IMG/VR virus record: IMGVR_UViG_3300037246_000792
Span: 1-55,924 of that record
Strand: one strand, 5' to 3'
Source: a virus
Lineage: Duplodnaviria > Caudoviricetes
DNA: 55,924 nucleotides
In this document: piece after piece, positions 1 through 9,347 of the stretch
Layout: every line of letters begins with the position of its first letter
How positions within the stretch are numbered: the first letter of the stretch is position 1
Program-made: the position numbers and the translations under genes
Notes under the pieces: model-generated
Told to the model about the DNA's origin: nothing
Databases searched by the model: none
The model's input: only the letters and a program-made list of their open reading frames with translations

Positions 1-127
1 TGGAGCGGTAGCTGATGCAGTGGTGGCAACAGCAGGTGTATAGGCCCAGCAGGCCAGACTATCTTGACCCATGGCCAAGGCACGTGAAGGCCCCCAGCAA
101 GGATCCCTATGGCCGTGACATAGTAAG
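1..127. repeat. Terminal direct repeat, copy 1 (identical to 55798-55924); circular-contig overlap
   Basis: The first 127 nt (TGGAGCGGTAGC...GACATAGTAAG) recur exactly at the end. 127 is a common assembler k-mer size. Confidence 0.95.
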
Positions 128-1952
128 CCCCCTGGACCGCCCTGAGAGCGCAGAGGATCCACTGCCACCTAAGGGCATGGCTGAGTTTCCGCGCGCCCTG
201 GTGAGTGAGAGGGACGTGGTAGAGGAGCTTGAGAAGGGGCTGAGGGTGAAGGCCCCCAAGCTGCGCCGCATCCTGTTTGCCACTTGGAACGCGAACAAAC
301 AGGACATCAAGTTTGATGAGCTGGTTGAGCAGCTCCGCAAGGACGATGGTTTGGGGCTCGTTGATGGCTGGATGCCTGGATGGACAGCCAGATACAACAA
401 GGTGGTTGCTGAGAAGATAGCGCCCATCTGGGAAGCTCAGGCAAAGGATGGGGATGACCTCATGGTGCCTGGCCTGGCTGGACTGCCCAACGTCAGCCCC
501 GCCATGCTCGATGACCAGGAGTTCAGCCTGCATGCCTACCTTGACCGCTGGGTGGCTCATCGTGGTGCTGACTTCGTCACGGAGATCAGTGAGACTGACA
601 GGCGTGCGCTCAATGCCATCATCAGGCGCAACATCGGGGCAGGTGGTGACCAGCTGGGCCCAACGGAGCTGGCGAGGGTGCTCAGGGCGAGCGTGGGGCT
701 ACGAGAGCAGCAGGTGCACCAGATGTATGCCCTTGAGGCTGAGATGTCAGAGGATGACGTACCGGTAGGCAAGCGCAACGATATCTTGAACACCAGGGCA
801 GCCAGGCTGATTGCAAGACGGGCCAACGTGATTGCACGCACTGAGCTGGCGTTTGCTTTCAACTTCGGCATGCAACAGAGCATGGTTGCGGCGCGTGACT
901 CAGGCATGCTGCTGGGCTATCGGACGGTCAAGATCTGGTATACCCAGCTTGATGAGAGGGTGTGCACCTTCTGCGGTCCGCTGCATGAGAAAGAGGTGGG
1001 GCTGGATGACACCTACCCAGGGGCCACCAAGACGTTGCCCAACACCTATGTGCCACCAGCTCACCCTCAGTGTCGGTGTGTCATCCTGTATGAGCTGGTT
1101 GAGGTGGAGGTTGAAGCTGAGGTTCCAGCTCCTGAGCCTGTTGCAGTAGAGGCAAAGCCAGAGCCTATTCCTGTGCTGCCTGAGCCTGATGACCTCCTGC
1201 TGCAGCCGCTCACTGGCAGCTCCGCGTTAACTGAGGATCAGAGCTGGCAACTCATCAACGCTCAGCTTGCTTCCATGAGGGCTGATCAGGGCGGTATTAA
1301 CCCAGAGGTCAAGGCCATCAAGAAGGTGCTGCGTGAGCTGAGAGCGTTGGGCAATGAGACGCCTGCGTTTGTTGACCATCAGATTGACCAAGAGGTTGAC
1401 CAGACTGACCGTGACGGCAACCCCATTGGCAAGATCAATATGCGTGAGTTCATCGGTGCAAAGACAGGCAACTTCTTTGCTCAGGTGAATCCTGCAGCCT
1501 ATCCGCCTGAGGGGAAAAGCACTCCGCTGAAGATACGTTCTGAGGGGTTTGGCAATTCGTTTGAGCAGAAGGTGGCTGGCGATATCGTGAGGCTTGGACA
1601 CCCCAGCCAGCCTGAGGTCAACCATGAGCTTGGGCATTGGCTTGAGATGAGAAATGGGCGGAATCATGACCTGGCCAAAGCCTTCATCAATCGCAGAACA
1701 AAAGGGAAAGGCACCAAGACAATACGTGAAGCGGTTGGCATTGATCGTGACGGAACCGTTGCCCTGGGTGACTTCTACTCTGCCTATGTTGGCAGGGTCT
1801 ACAAGGGGAAGTGGAGGTCAACAGAGGTGATCGCCATGGGTGCTCAGCGCATGACAAAGCTGAAAGACGCGGTGCGTTTCTTCAGGGAAGATCCTGAGCA
1901 TTTTGCAGTTACTGTGCTGGCTATGTCGGGAGGTGCAGGATGGAGGAAGTAA
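15..1952 (+). CDS. MuF/SPP1 gp7-like minor head protein with C-terminal HExxH metallopeptidase-like (toxin) domain
   Basis: RANVIARTE, W-x-T-x-x-D-ERVCTFC and PPAHPQCRC MuF motifs, then a Pro/Glu linker, then NHELGH...TEVIAMG. Lies between portal (across the circular junction) and protease. Confidence 0.85.
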   Translation: MQWWQQQVYRPSRPDYLDPWPRHVKAPSKDPYGRDIVSPLDRPESAEDPLPPKGMAEFPRALVSERDVVEELEKGLRVKAPKLRRILFATWNANKQDIKFDELVEQLRKDDGLGLVDGWMPGWTARYNKVVAEKIAPIWEAQAKDGDDLMVPGLAGLPNVSPAMLDDQEFSLHAYLDRWVAHRGADFVTEISETDRRALNAIIRRNIGAGGDQLGPTELARVLRASVGLREQQVHQMYALEAEMSEDDVPVGKRNDILNTRAARLIARRANVIARTELAFAFNFGMQQSMVAARDSGMLLGYRTVKIWYTQLDERVCTFCGPLHEKEVGLDDTYPGATKTLPNTYVPPAHPQCRCVILYELVEVEVEAEVPAPEPVAVEAKPEPIPVLPEPDDLLLQPLTGSSALTEDQSWQLINAQLASMRADQGGINPEVKAIKKVLRELRALGNETPAFVDHQIDQEVDQTDRDGNPIGKINMREFIGAKTGNFFAQVNPAAYPPEGKSTPLKIRSEGFGNSFEQKVAGDIVRLGHPSQPEVNHELGHWLEMRNGRNHDLAKAFINRRTKGKGTKTIREAVGIDRDGTVALGDFYSAYVGRVYKGKWRSTEVIAMGAQRMTKLKDAVRFFREDPEHFAVTVLAMSGGAGWRK

Positions 1953-2242
1953 CCATCAGGTTCAGCAGCTCTGTCCGTGAGCTTGGCGTGGTAGTTTCGA
2001 GCAAGGGCAAAATCTCCATTGAAGGTGAGCTGAAAGAGGTTCTGAGCGCATGGTTCAAGGGCAAGCATAACGCAGTGATCTCTGATGGTTCGTTCTATGG
2101 TCGGCGCACTGATGACACCAGCTGGCTTGTGCAGGTAGGGACTGCATTGATCGCAACTGGCGAGATGGGGCCAGGCGTAGACATGACATGGGATGGCCCG
2201 CTGATGCCCTCTCCTGACTTTGCAGCTGGACTGCTGGTCTAG
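1940..2242 (+). CDS. Small hypothetical protein, candidate immunity protein for the MuF toxin
   Basis: 100 aa, overlaps the MuF stop codon, GGAGG upstream. The immunity role is inferred from position only. Confidence 0.6.
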   Translation: MEEVTIRFSSSVRELGVVVSSKGKISIEGELKEVLSAWFKGKHNAVISDGSFYGRRTDDTSWLVQVGTALIATGEMGPGVDMTWDGPLMPSPDFAAGLLV

Positions 2243-2252
2243 CTGGCCTGGA

Positions 2253-2281
2253 ATTGACAGCTAAAAAACCTGGGCGATCCT
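2253..2281 (+). promoter_or_regulatory. Possible late promoter (perfect TTGACA -35, weak -10)
   Basis: TTGACA at 2253 plus an A-tract in the gap before the protease. The -10 element (GATCCT) is poor. Confidence 0.35.
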
Positions 2282-2321
2282 GAGACCGTTGGCGACAGAA
2301 CGCAACGCACCAGGGTCCACC

Positions 2322-3350
2322 ATGGGTCAGCCGCACCTCAAAACTGTAGACTTCGCACACCTCAAAGCCTTCGGTGACACACGCATCATCGAGGGTTTTG
2401 CGTCGATTACTGGCGTCAAAGATCTCCACAACGAGATCATCGAGGCTGGTGCATTCAAGGGTGCGCTGAAGCGTGGTGGAGCTGGTGTTGTAATGCTCTG
2501 GCAGCATGACACCACGCAGCCCATCGGTATCAGTCTTGAGATGGAGGAACAGAGCAAAGGTCTGTGGTTCCGAAGCCAGTTGGCCAACACCAGGCTGGCC
2601 GATGAGGTGCTGGAGCTAACAGCTGCCAAGATCGTCACTGGCATCAGCATTGGGTTTGACATCGTCAAAGAGAGCTGGGATGGCGATCCCTATGGCGACA
2701 AGTGGATGGACGCTGTCCGCCACATCAAGAAGGTCAAGCTGTGGGAACACAGCGTTGTGACCTTCCCAGCCGCCGTAGGTGCCAGGGTGCAGCACGTCCA
2801 GAAGCTGTGGACGCCTCCCCGCATGGGCTGGCCTGAGCTGGGCAGCAGGACCAAGGCAGAGGAGCCAGCTGACCAGGTGGAGGGTGTCACTGACCTCATC
2901 ACAGCTGCGATGGAGAGTGCCCAGGGCAATGAGGATGAGTTGATGACCGCCATGATGGACGAGGCCGGTATTGATGCCACTGCCCTAGATGAGATTCTCA
3001 ACGGCTCCAACCCATGCCCTACCGCCAGTGTAGTCCGTGGTTTGGCCAGGGGGTTGGGTATTGATGAGGATGAGCTGGTGACCGCTGGTGCGGCCAAGGG
3101 CTGTCCCTACACACCCACCAAGTCTGCAGGTGATGAGATGTTCAAGACTCTCAGCGACGAAGATCGTGAGACTCTCAAGAATGCAATGGGGCTGATGCAG
3201 TCAGCTCTTGACGATGGCGACAGTGGAAGCAAGGGCGCCAAGCCTGATGCTACCAAGGCCGATGACACCACATTCGCTGTCAAGCTAGACAGCAACAATG
3301 AGCTAGGAAACTGGCTTGACAACCGGACTGGAGGAAACGCAGATGCCTGA
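2322..3350 (+). CDS. HK97-family prohead protease with C-terminal HTH-like extension
   Basis: IEGFAS...D...GAF, MLWQHD, GISIGF and LWEHSVVTFPA motifs. Start is uncertain (ORF open from 2289). Confidence 0.9.
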   Translation: MGQPHLKTVDFAHLKAFGDTRIIEGFASITGVKDLHNEIIEAGAFKGALKRGGAGVVMLWQHDTTQPIGISLEMEEQSKGLWFRSQLANTRLADEVLELTAAKIVTGISIGFDIVKESWDGDPYGDKWMDAVRHIKKVKLWEHSVVTFPAAVGARVQHVQKLWTPPRMGWPELGSRTKAEEPADQVEGVTDLITAAMESAQGNEDELMTAMMDEAGIDATALDEILNGSNPCPTASVVRGLARGLGIDEDELVTAGAAKGCPYTPTKSAGDEMFKTLSDEDRETLKNAMGLMQSALDDGDSGSKGAKPDATKADDTTFAVKLDSNNELGNWLDNRTGGNADA

Positions 3351-4830
3351 GAGTATCACCAAGGCAATGGAAGCTCTGTCGACTTTGCGAAAGGACTTTG
3401 ACGTCCTCGGCGCAAAGCTCATGGTCACCATCCAGAACCAAGACGCTGCGATTCTGAAGAATGGCAAGGGAAGTGAGGAGATCGGCAAGCTGCTGGATGC
3501 TCACAACGCCAAGTGGCTGGAGATTCAGAACGACGTCAAGGGCCTGAGCACTCAGATGGTTGATGCCTTGGCAGGTGTCGAGCGCATGAAGTTCGCGACC
3601 GCTGCCAGGCACATCAGCCTTGGGCAAGTGTTCGTCAGCTCTGACCAGTTCAAGGCCATGAAGACCGATGGCCAGTATCACAGTGCGAAGATGGAGGTTA
3701 AGGGTGGATTTGTCCGCCCGTCGCACCGGAAAGAAACGGCCATCACCGACGCGAGTGCTGGTGCGCTGGTGCAGGAGTTTCGGTATGACCAGGTCATCCA
3801 AGACCCGCTGCGTCCACGTCGCATCGCGGACCTGATTCCCTCTATCAACGTCAGCCAGTCCTCTGTTGAGTATCCGCGTGAGAATCTCACCTTCGAGTTG
3901 TACGCGGAGTTGTTTAGCCAGGCAGCCAGCGGTCAGGCTGACCTGATCATTGGCACCCTGGAAGGTCGCAGCAAGGCGCGCGGATTCATCGACGGCGCTA
4001 CCATCAGCATCGCGTTCGGCACTGGTGCGGTCGAGACGAAGATCATCGACTCGATCAACCACTCGACTGGCACCATCACTCTCACCACCAACCTGGCCAA
4101 CACCCACGCTGCTGGCATCAGCATCACGGCTGACTCTTTCGAGTTCACTCCTGAGGCGCAGATCAAGCCTCTGAGTCGCATTGAGTACGAGCTGATTGTT
4201 GAGACTGTGAAGACGCTGGCCACCATCATCCCGTTTTCCAAGCAAATGATGGATGATGCTCCGGCGCTCCAGGGCTTGCTTGACAGCCGCATGCACGAGT
4301 TCTTGGAGCTGAGTCTTGAGAACCAGCTCCTCAATGGTGACGGAACCACCAACCAGTTTGAGGGGATTCTCAACAACCCAGACATCCAGACGTATTTGCA
4401 GTCCAGCGGGACTGTGGGTGACACCAAGCTGGACGCCGTGCGTCGGTCGTTCACACAGGTCTTCTTGGCGTTCTACCCTGTTGATGGCGTGGTGTTCCAC
4501 CCCAGCGACTGGGAGGACATTGAGCTGAGCAAGGGGAGCGATGGGCATTACATGTTCATGCAGGCCCAGCTCTCGCCTGGCGTCTCTCAGATCTGGCGGG
4601 CCACTGCTGTCCAGTCCAGTGCCATCACATCGGGCACCTGGCTGGCTGGTGCGTTCCGCCTGGGCGCCATCATCTGGGACCGTCAGCAGGCCAACGTGTC
4701 TGTCAGTGACCAAAACCGGAATTGGTGGGAACGGAACATCCTCGGTCTCCGTGCTGAGGAGCGCAAGGCGTTCTCTGTCGTGCGTCCGACGTCGTTCGTG
4801 GCAGGCACATTTGACGGTGCGCCCGCCTAG
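3343..4830 (+). CDS. HK97-fold major capsid protein with ~80-aa insertion
   Basis: GGAGG at 3330. Coiled-coil delta-like N-terminus, GALV, ENQLLNGDG, FHPSDW, LRAEERKAFSVVRP motifs. Confidence 0.93.
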   Translation: MPESITKAMEALSTLRKDFDVLGAKLMVTIQNQDAAILKNGKGSEEIGKLLDAHNAKWLEIQNDVKGLSTQMVDALAGVERMKFATAARHISLGQVFVSSDQFKAMKTDGQYHSAKMEVKGGFVRPSHRKETAITDASAGALVQEFRYDQVIQDPLRPRRIADLIPSINVSQSSVEYPRENLTFELYAELFSQAASGQADLIIGTLEGRSKARGFIDGATISIAFGTGAVETKIIDSINHSTGTITLTTNLANTHAAGISITADSFEFTPEAQIKPLSRIEYELIVETVKTLATIIPFSKQMMDDAPALQGLLDSRMHEFLELSLENQLLNGDGTTNQFEGILNNPDIQTYLQSSGTVGDTKLDAVRRSFTQVFLAFYPVDGVVFHPSDWEDIELSKGSDGHYMFMQAQLSPGVSQIWRATAVQSSAITSGTWLAGAFRLGAIIWDRQQANVSVSDQNRNWWERNILGLRAEERKAFSVVRPTSFVAGTFDGAPA

Positions 4831-4864
4831 CATGCTCGCCAGGCTGACACACCTGGCTTGAGCT

Positions 4865-4904
4865 GAGGGGGCTGGTTGGTTCCTGTTCACCACCCAGCCC
4901 CCTC
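4865..4904 (+). terminator. GC-rich hairpin after the capsid gene (terminator or mRNA stabiliser)
   Basis: GAGGGGGCTGG...CCAGCCCCCTC inverted repeat, no U-tract. Confidence 0.45.
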
Positions 4905-4966
4905 CAGAACCCACACCAAGGGGCCTAGCTGCCCCGCAGAAGGCTCAGAGGCCCTGGAGGCATACG

Positions 4967-5485
4967 ATGGCAAGGTTGGTTGAGATTCGATCGCTCAAGC
5001 CCTTCAAGGGGCCAAGGAGCCGCAAAGTGATGCCGGGTGAGGAGGTGCTTTGTCAGGAGAACTTTGCAGCCTGCAAGGTGCGGGCTCGTCAGGCTGAGTA
5101 TACGGCCGGTGGTCCACCTCCGACGATTCCACGCAGGGTCAGCGGTGTGCCTCGCCGGAGTGGTGGGATGCTGGTCGCGCCAGTGAACCCAGACAAGCGG
5201 CCTGTGCCCAAGCCCAAGAGACCAATCGGTCCTGATGAGACCAAGGTCATTGAGCCTGAGGAGCAGAAGGGCCAGGGCCATTGGGGTCCTGATGACAAGC
5301 CGGTTGAGACTGCACCAGGCGGGCCCACCGACAACAAGGCCAGCCACGGCCAGAACGATGGCAACGACGCCAAGGGCAAGCTGCTGGATGCTCTGGATGC
5401 TGCTGGTGTTGATGGCTATGACCGTCGGTTCTCTGTTCAGAAGCTGCAAGAGGCGCTTGAGGAGGCAGCTGGTGGCAACGGTTAG
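4967..5485 (+). CDS. Hypothetical head-associated protein with C-terminal HeH/Rho-N-like helical motif
   Basis: GGAGG SD. C-terminal KLLDALDAAGVDGYDRRFSVQKLQEAL. Typical position after the capsid gene. Confidence 0.6.
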   Translation: MARLVEIRSLKPFKGPRSRKVMPGEEVLCQENFAACKVRARQAEYTAGGPPPTIPRRVSGVPRRSGGMLVAPVNPDKRPVPKPKRPIGPDETKVIEPEEQKGQGHWGPDDKPVETAPGGPTDNKASHGQNDGNDAKGKLLDALDAAGVDGYDRRFSVQKLQEALEEAAGGNG

Positions 5486-5948
5486 CGCAACCCTGACATG
5501 GGCAGCGTTTGGCTCTGAGGTGCAAGCGCACCTTGGGGCCTCTGATGCTGGTGATGTTGCGGCGCTGACGCGCTGGCTGGCCACTGCCACCAGGCAGGCT
5601 GATCAGTACATGGGCCATGACTGGACGATGGGTGCGGTGGGTGATGGTGACGATGAGACACGCACCCCTGAGTCTCTTCAGGTTCTGCTAGGCGCTGGGC
5701 TTGCTGATGGTGCTGACATCCCGTTGCCTGATGATGTTGAGTTGGGAGTGCTGGAGTGGTGCAGGATCGCATGGGAGATCATGGGGCCGACCGCTCGACC
5801 CTATGGACTGACCAGTGCCAAGACCGGAGATCTATCAGAGGGCTACGCGGTAGGGTCACGTATCCGCGGTGGCAACCTTTCGACTCGTGACATTACATCA
5901 GACGTCAATTCGTTCTGGTTCCCATACCGGGCTGACTACAGCATCTAG
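5472..5948 (+). CDS. Head-tail connector/adaptor protein
   Basis: GTG start after GGAGG at 5461. 'ATRQADQYMG' and 'SAKTGDLSEGY' resemble gp6/gp15-type adaptors. Synteny supports this. Confidence 0.7.
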   Translation: MATVSATLTWAAFGSEVQAHLGASDAGDVAALTRWLATATRQADQYMGHDWTMGAVGDGDDETRTPESLQVLLGAGLADGADIPLPDDVELGVLEWCRIAWEIMGPTARPYGLTSAKTGDLSEGYAVGSRIRGGNLSTRDITSDVNSFWFPYRADYSI

Positions 5949-5957
5949 GAGAGGACA

Positions 5958-6572
5958 ATGAGTACCGCGAGCATGGTCGAGATTCAGACCCTTCTGCGCA
6001 CCCTGCCCAACCGCAGTGACGATGGGAGCAACCGTGTGAAGGCGCGGGCCATCGCACGATCGCTAACCCATGTGGATGGTGCTGACACCACCCTTCTGAC
6101 CACGGACGGGGCTGGTCTGTCAGCCTCCGTGTATGACATCGACATGGCGGTTGGGTCGGTCACTGTCGGAGGGCTTCAGGAGACCCTTGCGGCCATGGAC
6201 GATGTTGATCTGCTGACTGCAGGCGAGTTCACCAGCATTGACCTCAACGGCGACCAGGCCATCGCTCTTGCTGCCGACGGGACCGACGTCGAAGTTGCCA
6301 TTTTTGCCTGCATCGTCAACAGCCTGGTGGTCCGCCGTGCCGTCTTCGGCGCTGTCGCTGCAACTGGCGCAGCTGTTCCGCCTACGCCAGCTCAGTGCGC
6401 AGCCGCGATGGCCCTGGCCGCAGAGGCCAACTACCTGCCAAGCGAGCTGGGGGTCATCATCGCTCGCATCCTTTACGACCGCGTGGCTACGGCTACGCTC
6501 GCTGCTACTCACAGAGCAGCCGCAAGCCTTGATTCTCTCAAGGACGAGCGGCTGAATGGCCTGTTGGCCTAG
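5958..6572 (+). CDS. Hypothetical virion protein
   Basis: Ala/Thr-rich 204 aa with SD, inside the neck operon. Confidence 0.7.
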   Translation: MSTASMVEIQTLLRTLPNRSDDGSNRVKARAIARSLTHVDGADTTLLTTDGAGLSASVYDIDMAVGSVTVGGLQETLAAMDDVDLLTAGEFTSIDLNGDQAIALAADGTDVEVAIFACIVNSLVVRRAVFGAVAATGAAVPPTPAQCAAAMALAAEANYLPSELGVIIARILYDRVATATLAATHRAAASLDSLKDERLNGLLA

Positions 6573-6579
6573 GGGTTAG

Positions 6580-7074
6580 GTGATGGCGCAGAAGGGGAAA
6601 GTTCAAGACATTGATCACGGCTGGATAGCTTTTCGAGAGCTGCTAGACACGCTCAATGATCACGAACTCGTTGTTGGCATAGTGGAAGGTGCAACCGCAA
6701 CCTATGCCGCTGCCAACGAATACGGGGTGCCCAAGGATGACGGCTCACGCATCCCATCCCGCCCCTTCATGCGCCACACCATCGACGTCAACGCCAAGCG
6801 CTACTCAGAGATTCTCAAGCGGGCCATCGGTAGGCAGATCAAGCTGAGAGCCCCTGACCTTCAGCCTCTCTTCGTTCTGGGTATCAAGGTCCGCAATGAC
6901 ATGATTCGGACGATCGTCAGCTGGAAGGATCCAGAGAACGCACTGAGCACGCAGAAGGCCAAGGGGCGCAAGGGGAAGCCGGTCAACAACCCCCTGGTGG
7001 ACACTGGGCACATGCAACGCTCCATCGTGTTTGAGATTCGACGCAAGGGCTCAACGCCCAAAGTGCAGAGCTAG
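6580..7074 (+). CDS. Neck/tail-completion (virion morphogenesis) protein
   Basis: AAANEYG, IPSRPF and PLVDTGHMQRSI motifs. Confidence 0.85.
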   Translation: MMAQKGKVQDIDHGWIAFRELLDTLNDHELVVGIVEGATATYAAANEYGVPKDDGSRIPSRPFMRHTIDVNAKRYSEILKRAIGRQIKLRAPDLQPLFVLGIKVRNDMIRTIVSWKDPENALSTQKAKGRKGKPVNNPLVDTGHMQRSIVFEIRRKGSTPKVQS

Positions 7075-7077
7075 GCT

Positions 7078-7428
7078 GTGGCGCTGGTAGGAGCACGCAC
7101 ATTGACGGTTCGACGCACCACCTCAGGTGAGTTTGTGGATGGCACCTATGAGACCACCACAACGACCCTGACTGTGCGTGGCACTCTGCACCCACTGGGT
7201 GACAGAGACCGTCAGCTGCTGCCTGAGGGGCTACGTAGCAGCGCCAGAGCCAAACTCTACACAACCACTGAGCTGACCGTGATGACCACTGACCAGCCTG
7301 CTGACCGCATTGTGCTGGGTGGTCGTGACCTTGTGGTCACTGCTGACTCCGATTGGTTTGATGCTCACATCGGTGGTGTTCCGCACTATCGGTACATCCT
7401 GACTGAGCCCAGCCATGAGGAGGTCTAG
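7078..7428 (+). CDS. Head-closure (stopper) protein
   Basis: RQLLPEGLR...KLYT...DRI pattern and synteny. Confidence 0.75.
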   Translation: MALVGARTLTVRRTTSGEFVDGTYETTTTTLTVRGTLHPLGDRDRQLLPEGLRSSARAKLYTTTELTVMTTDQPADRIVLGGRDLVVTADSDWFDAHIGGVPHYRYILTEPSHEEV

Positions 7429-7430
7429 CC

Positions 7431-9344
7431 ATGCCTCCAGTACGCACAGAGGCTGAGGGTGCCCTGAGGGATTGGGTGGAGCTGGTGCTGCAGGGTGAGG
7501 AGGCTGACCTGCCTGTCATCTGGGAACACCAGGCAGCGCCTCGCATCGCGGGCAACTATGCCACGGTCCAGATCCTCAGCGACATAGCTACCAGTCTGCC
7601 GGTTCACTCCACGACTGACGACGAGACAGACGACAAGTTTGACCACCACATCGACAGTCCCCGCCAGGGGACATTTGCCGTTAAGGTCTACGGTCCTGAC
7701 CATCGGGACTTGTCGCTAGCTCTTGAGATGGCTGTTGATGACCCTTCCAGTCAGGATCATTTCACGACCACCAACGTGCATGTGATGCAGCCGATCGGTG
7801 GGCTGCCCTATGAGCAGGTGCAGAGGCAGACGATCTTTGAGGGGTTCACCCCGATAGACTTCCCCTTTGTGTATGGGGCTCGTCGTACGGTCCTGGTGGA
7901 CATCATCGAGACTGTTACCGCCAATGCTGATGAGATAGCCGAAGCTGCAGCTGTCTACCTTGGCGCGTTCAATTCCACCTCCTTGTTCCCTGATGCAACG
8001 GCATTCGACGCAGACCGTCTGGTGCGCCTTGTAAGCGGCTCCAGTGTTGCCTATGACGCCAGGTCAGATGCAACGCGCTGGGACCCTCTGACGCGTGCTG
8101 GGCTGCCTCCTGAGTTTGCTGACACGGCTGCTCTGGCTGTGGGTGATTGGGGCGGACATGGCATCGAGCTGCGCACTGTCGTTGGTGATGTGCGCAGAGT
8201 CACTGGCGGCAGCCTGTATGAGCGTGGCTTGGCTGCGTGGCTGAGGCTGGCTGCTGCTGGTGTGCCACCTGTCTATGCAAACACAACAGCGATGGAGCTG
8301 GTGGCGGCTGAGGGTGACGTTGGCCTGATTGGTGGCAACCTGTACCAGATAGTGAGTGGGTCAGCTGCGCGCATGTTCGTTGAGGGTGAGGTGAACACCT
8401 ACGCGGACGCTGCAGCGATGCAGGCTGCCCTAAGCGCTGGTGGTATTGGCCTGGTGACAGGTGATGCCGCCAACACCGTGCGCCTGATGGTTGGTGCTGT
8501 GGCTACCTTGCTGGCGGTGCCAGCGCCCAGTCCAGCTGAGCCCACGTTAGCCGCTGTGTATGCCACTGCGGGGCCAGCTGATGGGCAGATGGTCGGACTT
8601 TATAACTCCACCACTGGCAACATGGTTGGTGTGTGGTGGTACTCGACACTCTTTGGCGGTTGGCTGCCTCAGTGGATCGATTGGAAAGCCGCCGGTGCCC
8701 AGGGTGCTACGATATTTGCAGGCCACATCACGGCTCATGCCGGCGCCGGGTTCACCTGGAACGTTGACGGGATGAGGCTTGTGGGTACCACAGCGCTTAA
8801 CGATGCCAGTGTCCAGATCACATCCGGAACGATATCATGGCCGGTGTGGAATCAGTTGCGATCGTGGAGTGTCACACATGTTGGTACATTTGAATGGCTT
8901 AGCACATGGTCCACATCACAAACGGCGTACATTGGGTGGTCGCTCATTGACGGTGTTATTGCTGGAGATATGCGCCAAACCAGCTTTTCTGGACGCTCAG
9001 CGACCATCACACTTGATGCCTTTTCGTCCTCTGTAAGCTCAGGCTCTTGGCAATCCCCTGATAACGCATCGGGAGTTGAGCATGCTTGCAATTCGATGCT
9101 GAATGTGACGCAGCGTGTCAACAAGCCGTACATCGAAGCGCACCAGAACTGGGATGAGGGGAACGCGAGCCACCATAGCCTTGCCACTTTTACTGGCGTC
9201 ACCCAGGTGAACATTGTCAGCCCCGCCACTGCCATCTTGTATGCACGCTTTAAGTCCCAGGTCGCAAGCGGTGGCGCAAACACACTGACTTACAGACCCA
9301 AGACATCTCATTACTCTTGGGGCCTGTCGCCAGTTAGGATTTAG
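7431..9344 (+). CDS. Tail-terminator/neck-like N-terminal domain fused to a ~470-aa fibre-like extension
   Basis: N-terminal ~165 aa (VIWEHQAAPRIAGNYATVQI...DIIETV) resembles a terminator and occupies that slot before the sheath. The remainder has Ala-rich repeats and a beta-rich C-terminus. Confidence 0.65.
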   Translation: MPPVRTEAEGALRDWVELVLQGEEADLPVIWEHQAAPRIAGNYATVQILSDIATSLPVHSTTDDETDDKFDHHIDSPRQGTFAVKVYGPDHRDLSLALEMAVDDPSSQDHFTTTNVHVMQPIGGLPYEQVQRQTIFEGFTPIDFPFVYGARRTVLVDIIETVTANADEIAEAAAVYLGAFNSTSLFPDATAFDADRLVRLVSGSSVAYDARSDATRWDPLTRAGLPPEFADTAALAVGDWGGHGIELRTVVGDVRRVTGGSLYERGLAAWLRLAAAGVPPVYANTTAMELVAAEGDVGLIGGNLYQIVSGSAARMFVEGEVNTYADAAAMQAALSAGGIGLVTGDAANTVRLMVGAVATLLAVPAPSPAEPTLAAVYATAGPADGQMVGLYNSTTGNMVGVWWYSTLFGGWLPQWIDWKAAGAQGATIFAGHITAHAGAGFTWNVDGMRLVGTTALNDASVQITSGTISWPVWNQLRSWSVTHVGTFEWLSTWSTSQTAYIGWSLIDGVIAGDMRQTSFSGRSATITLDAFSSSVSSGSWQSPDNASGVEHACNSMLNVTQRVNKPYIEAHQNWDEGNASHHSLATFTGVTQVNIVSPATAILYARFKSQVASGGANTLTYRPKTSHYSWGLSPVRI

Positions 9345-9347
9345 TCC

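Noticed and set aside
1-127. Biological terminal repeat
   Set aside because: The length matches a common assembler k-mer and it cuts through coding sequence. It shows circularity or permutation, not physical ends.
3280-4914. 544-aa minus-strand ORF
   Set aside because: Antisense shadow of the capsid gene caused by codon bias, with no motifs or SD.
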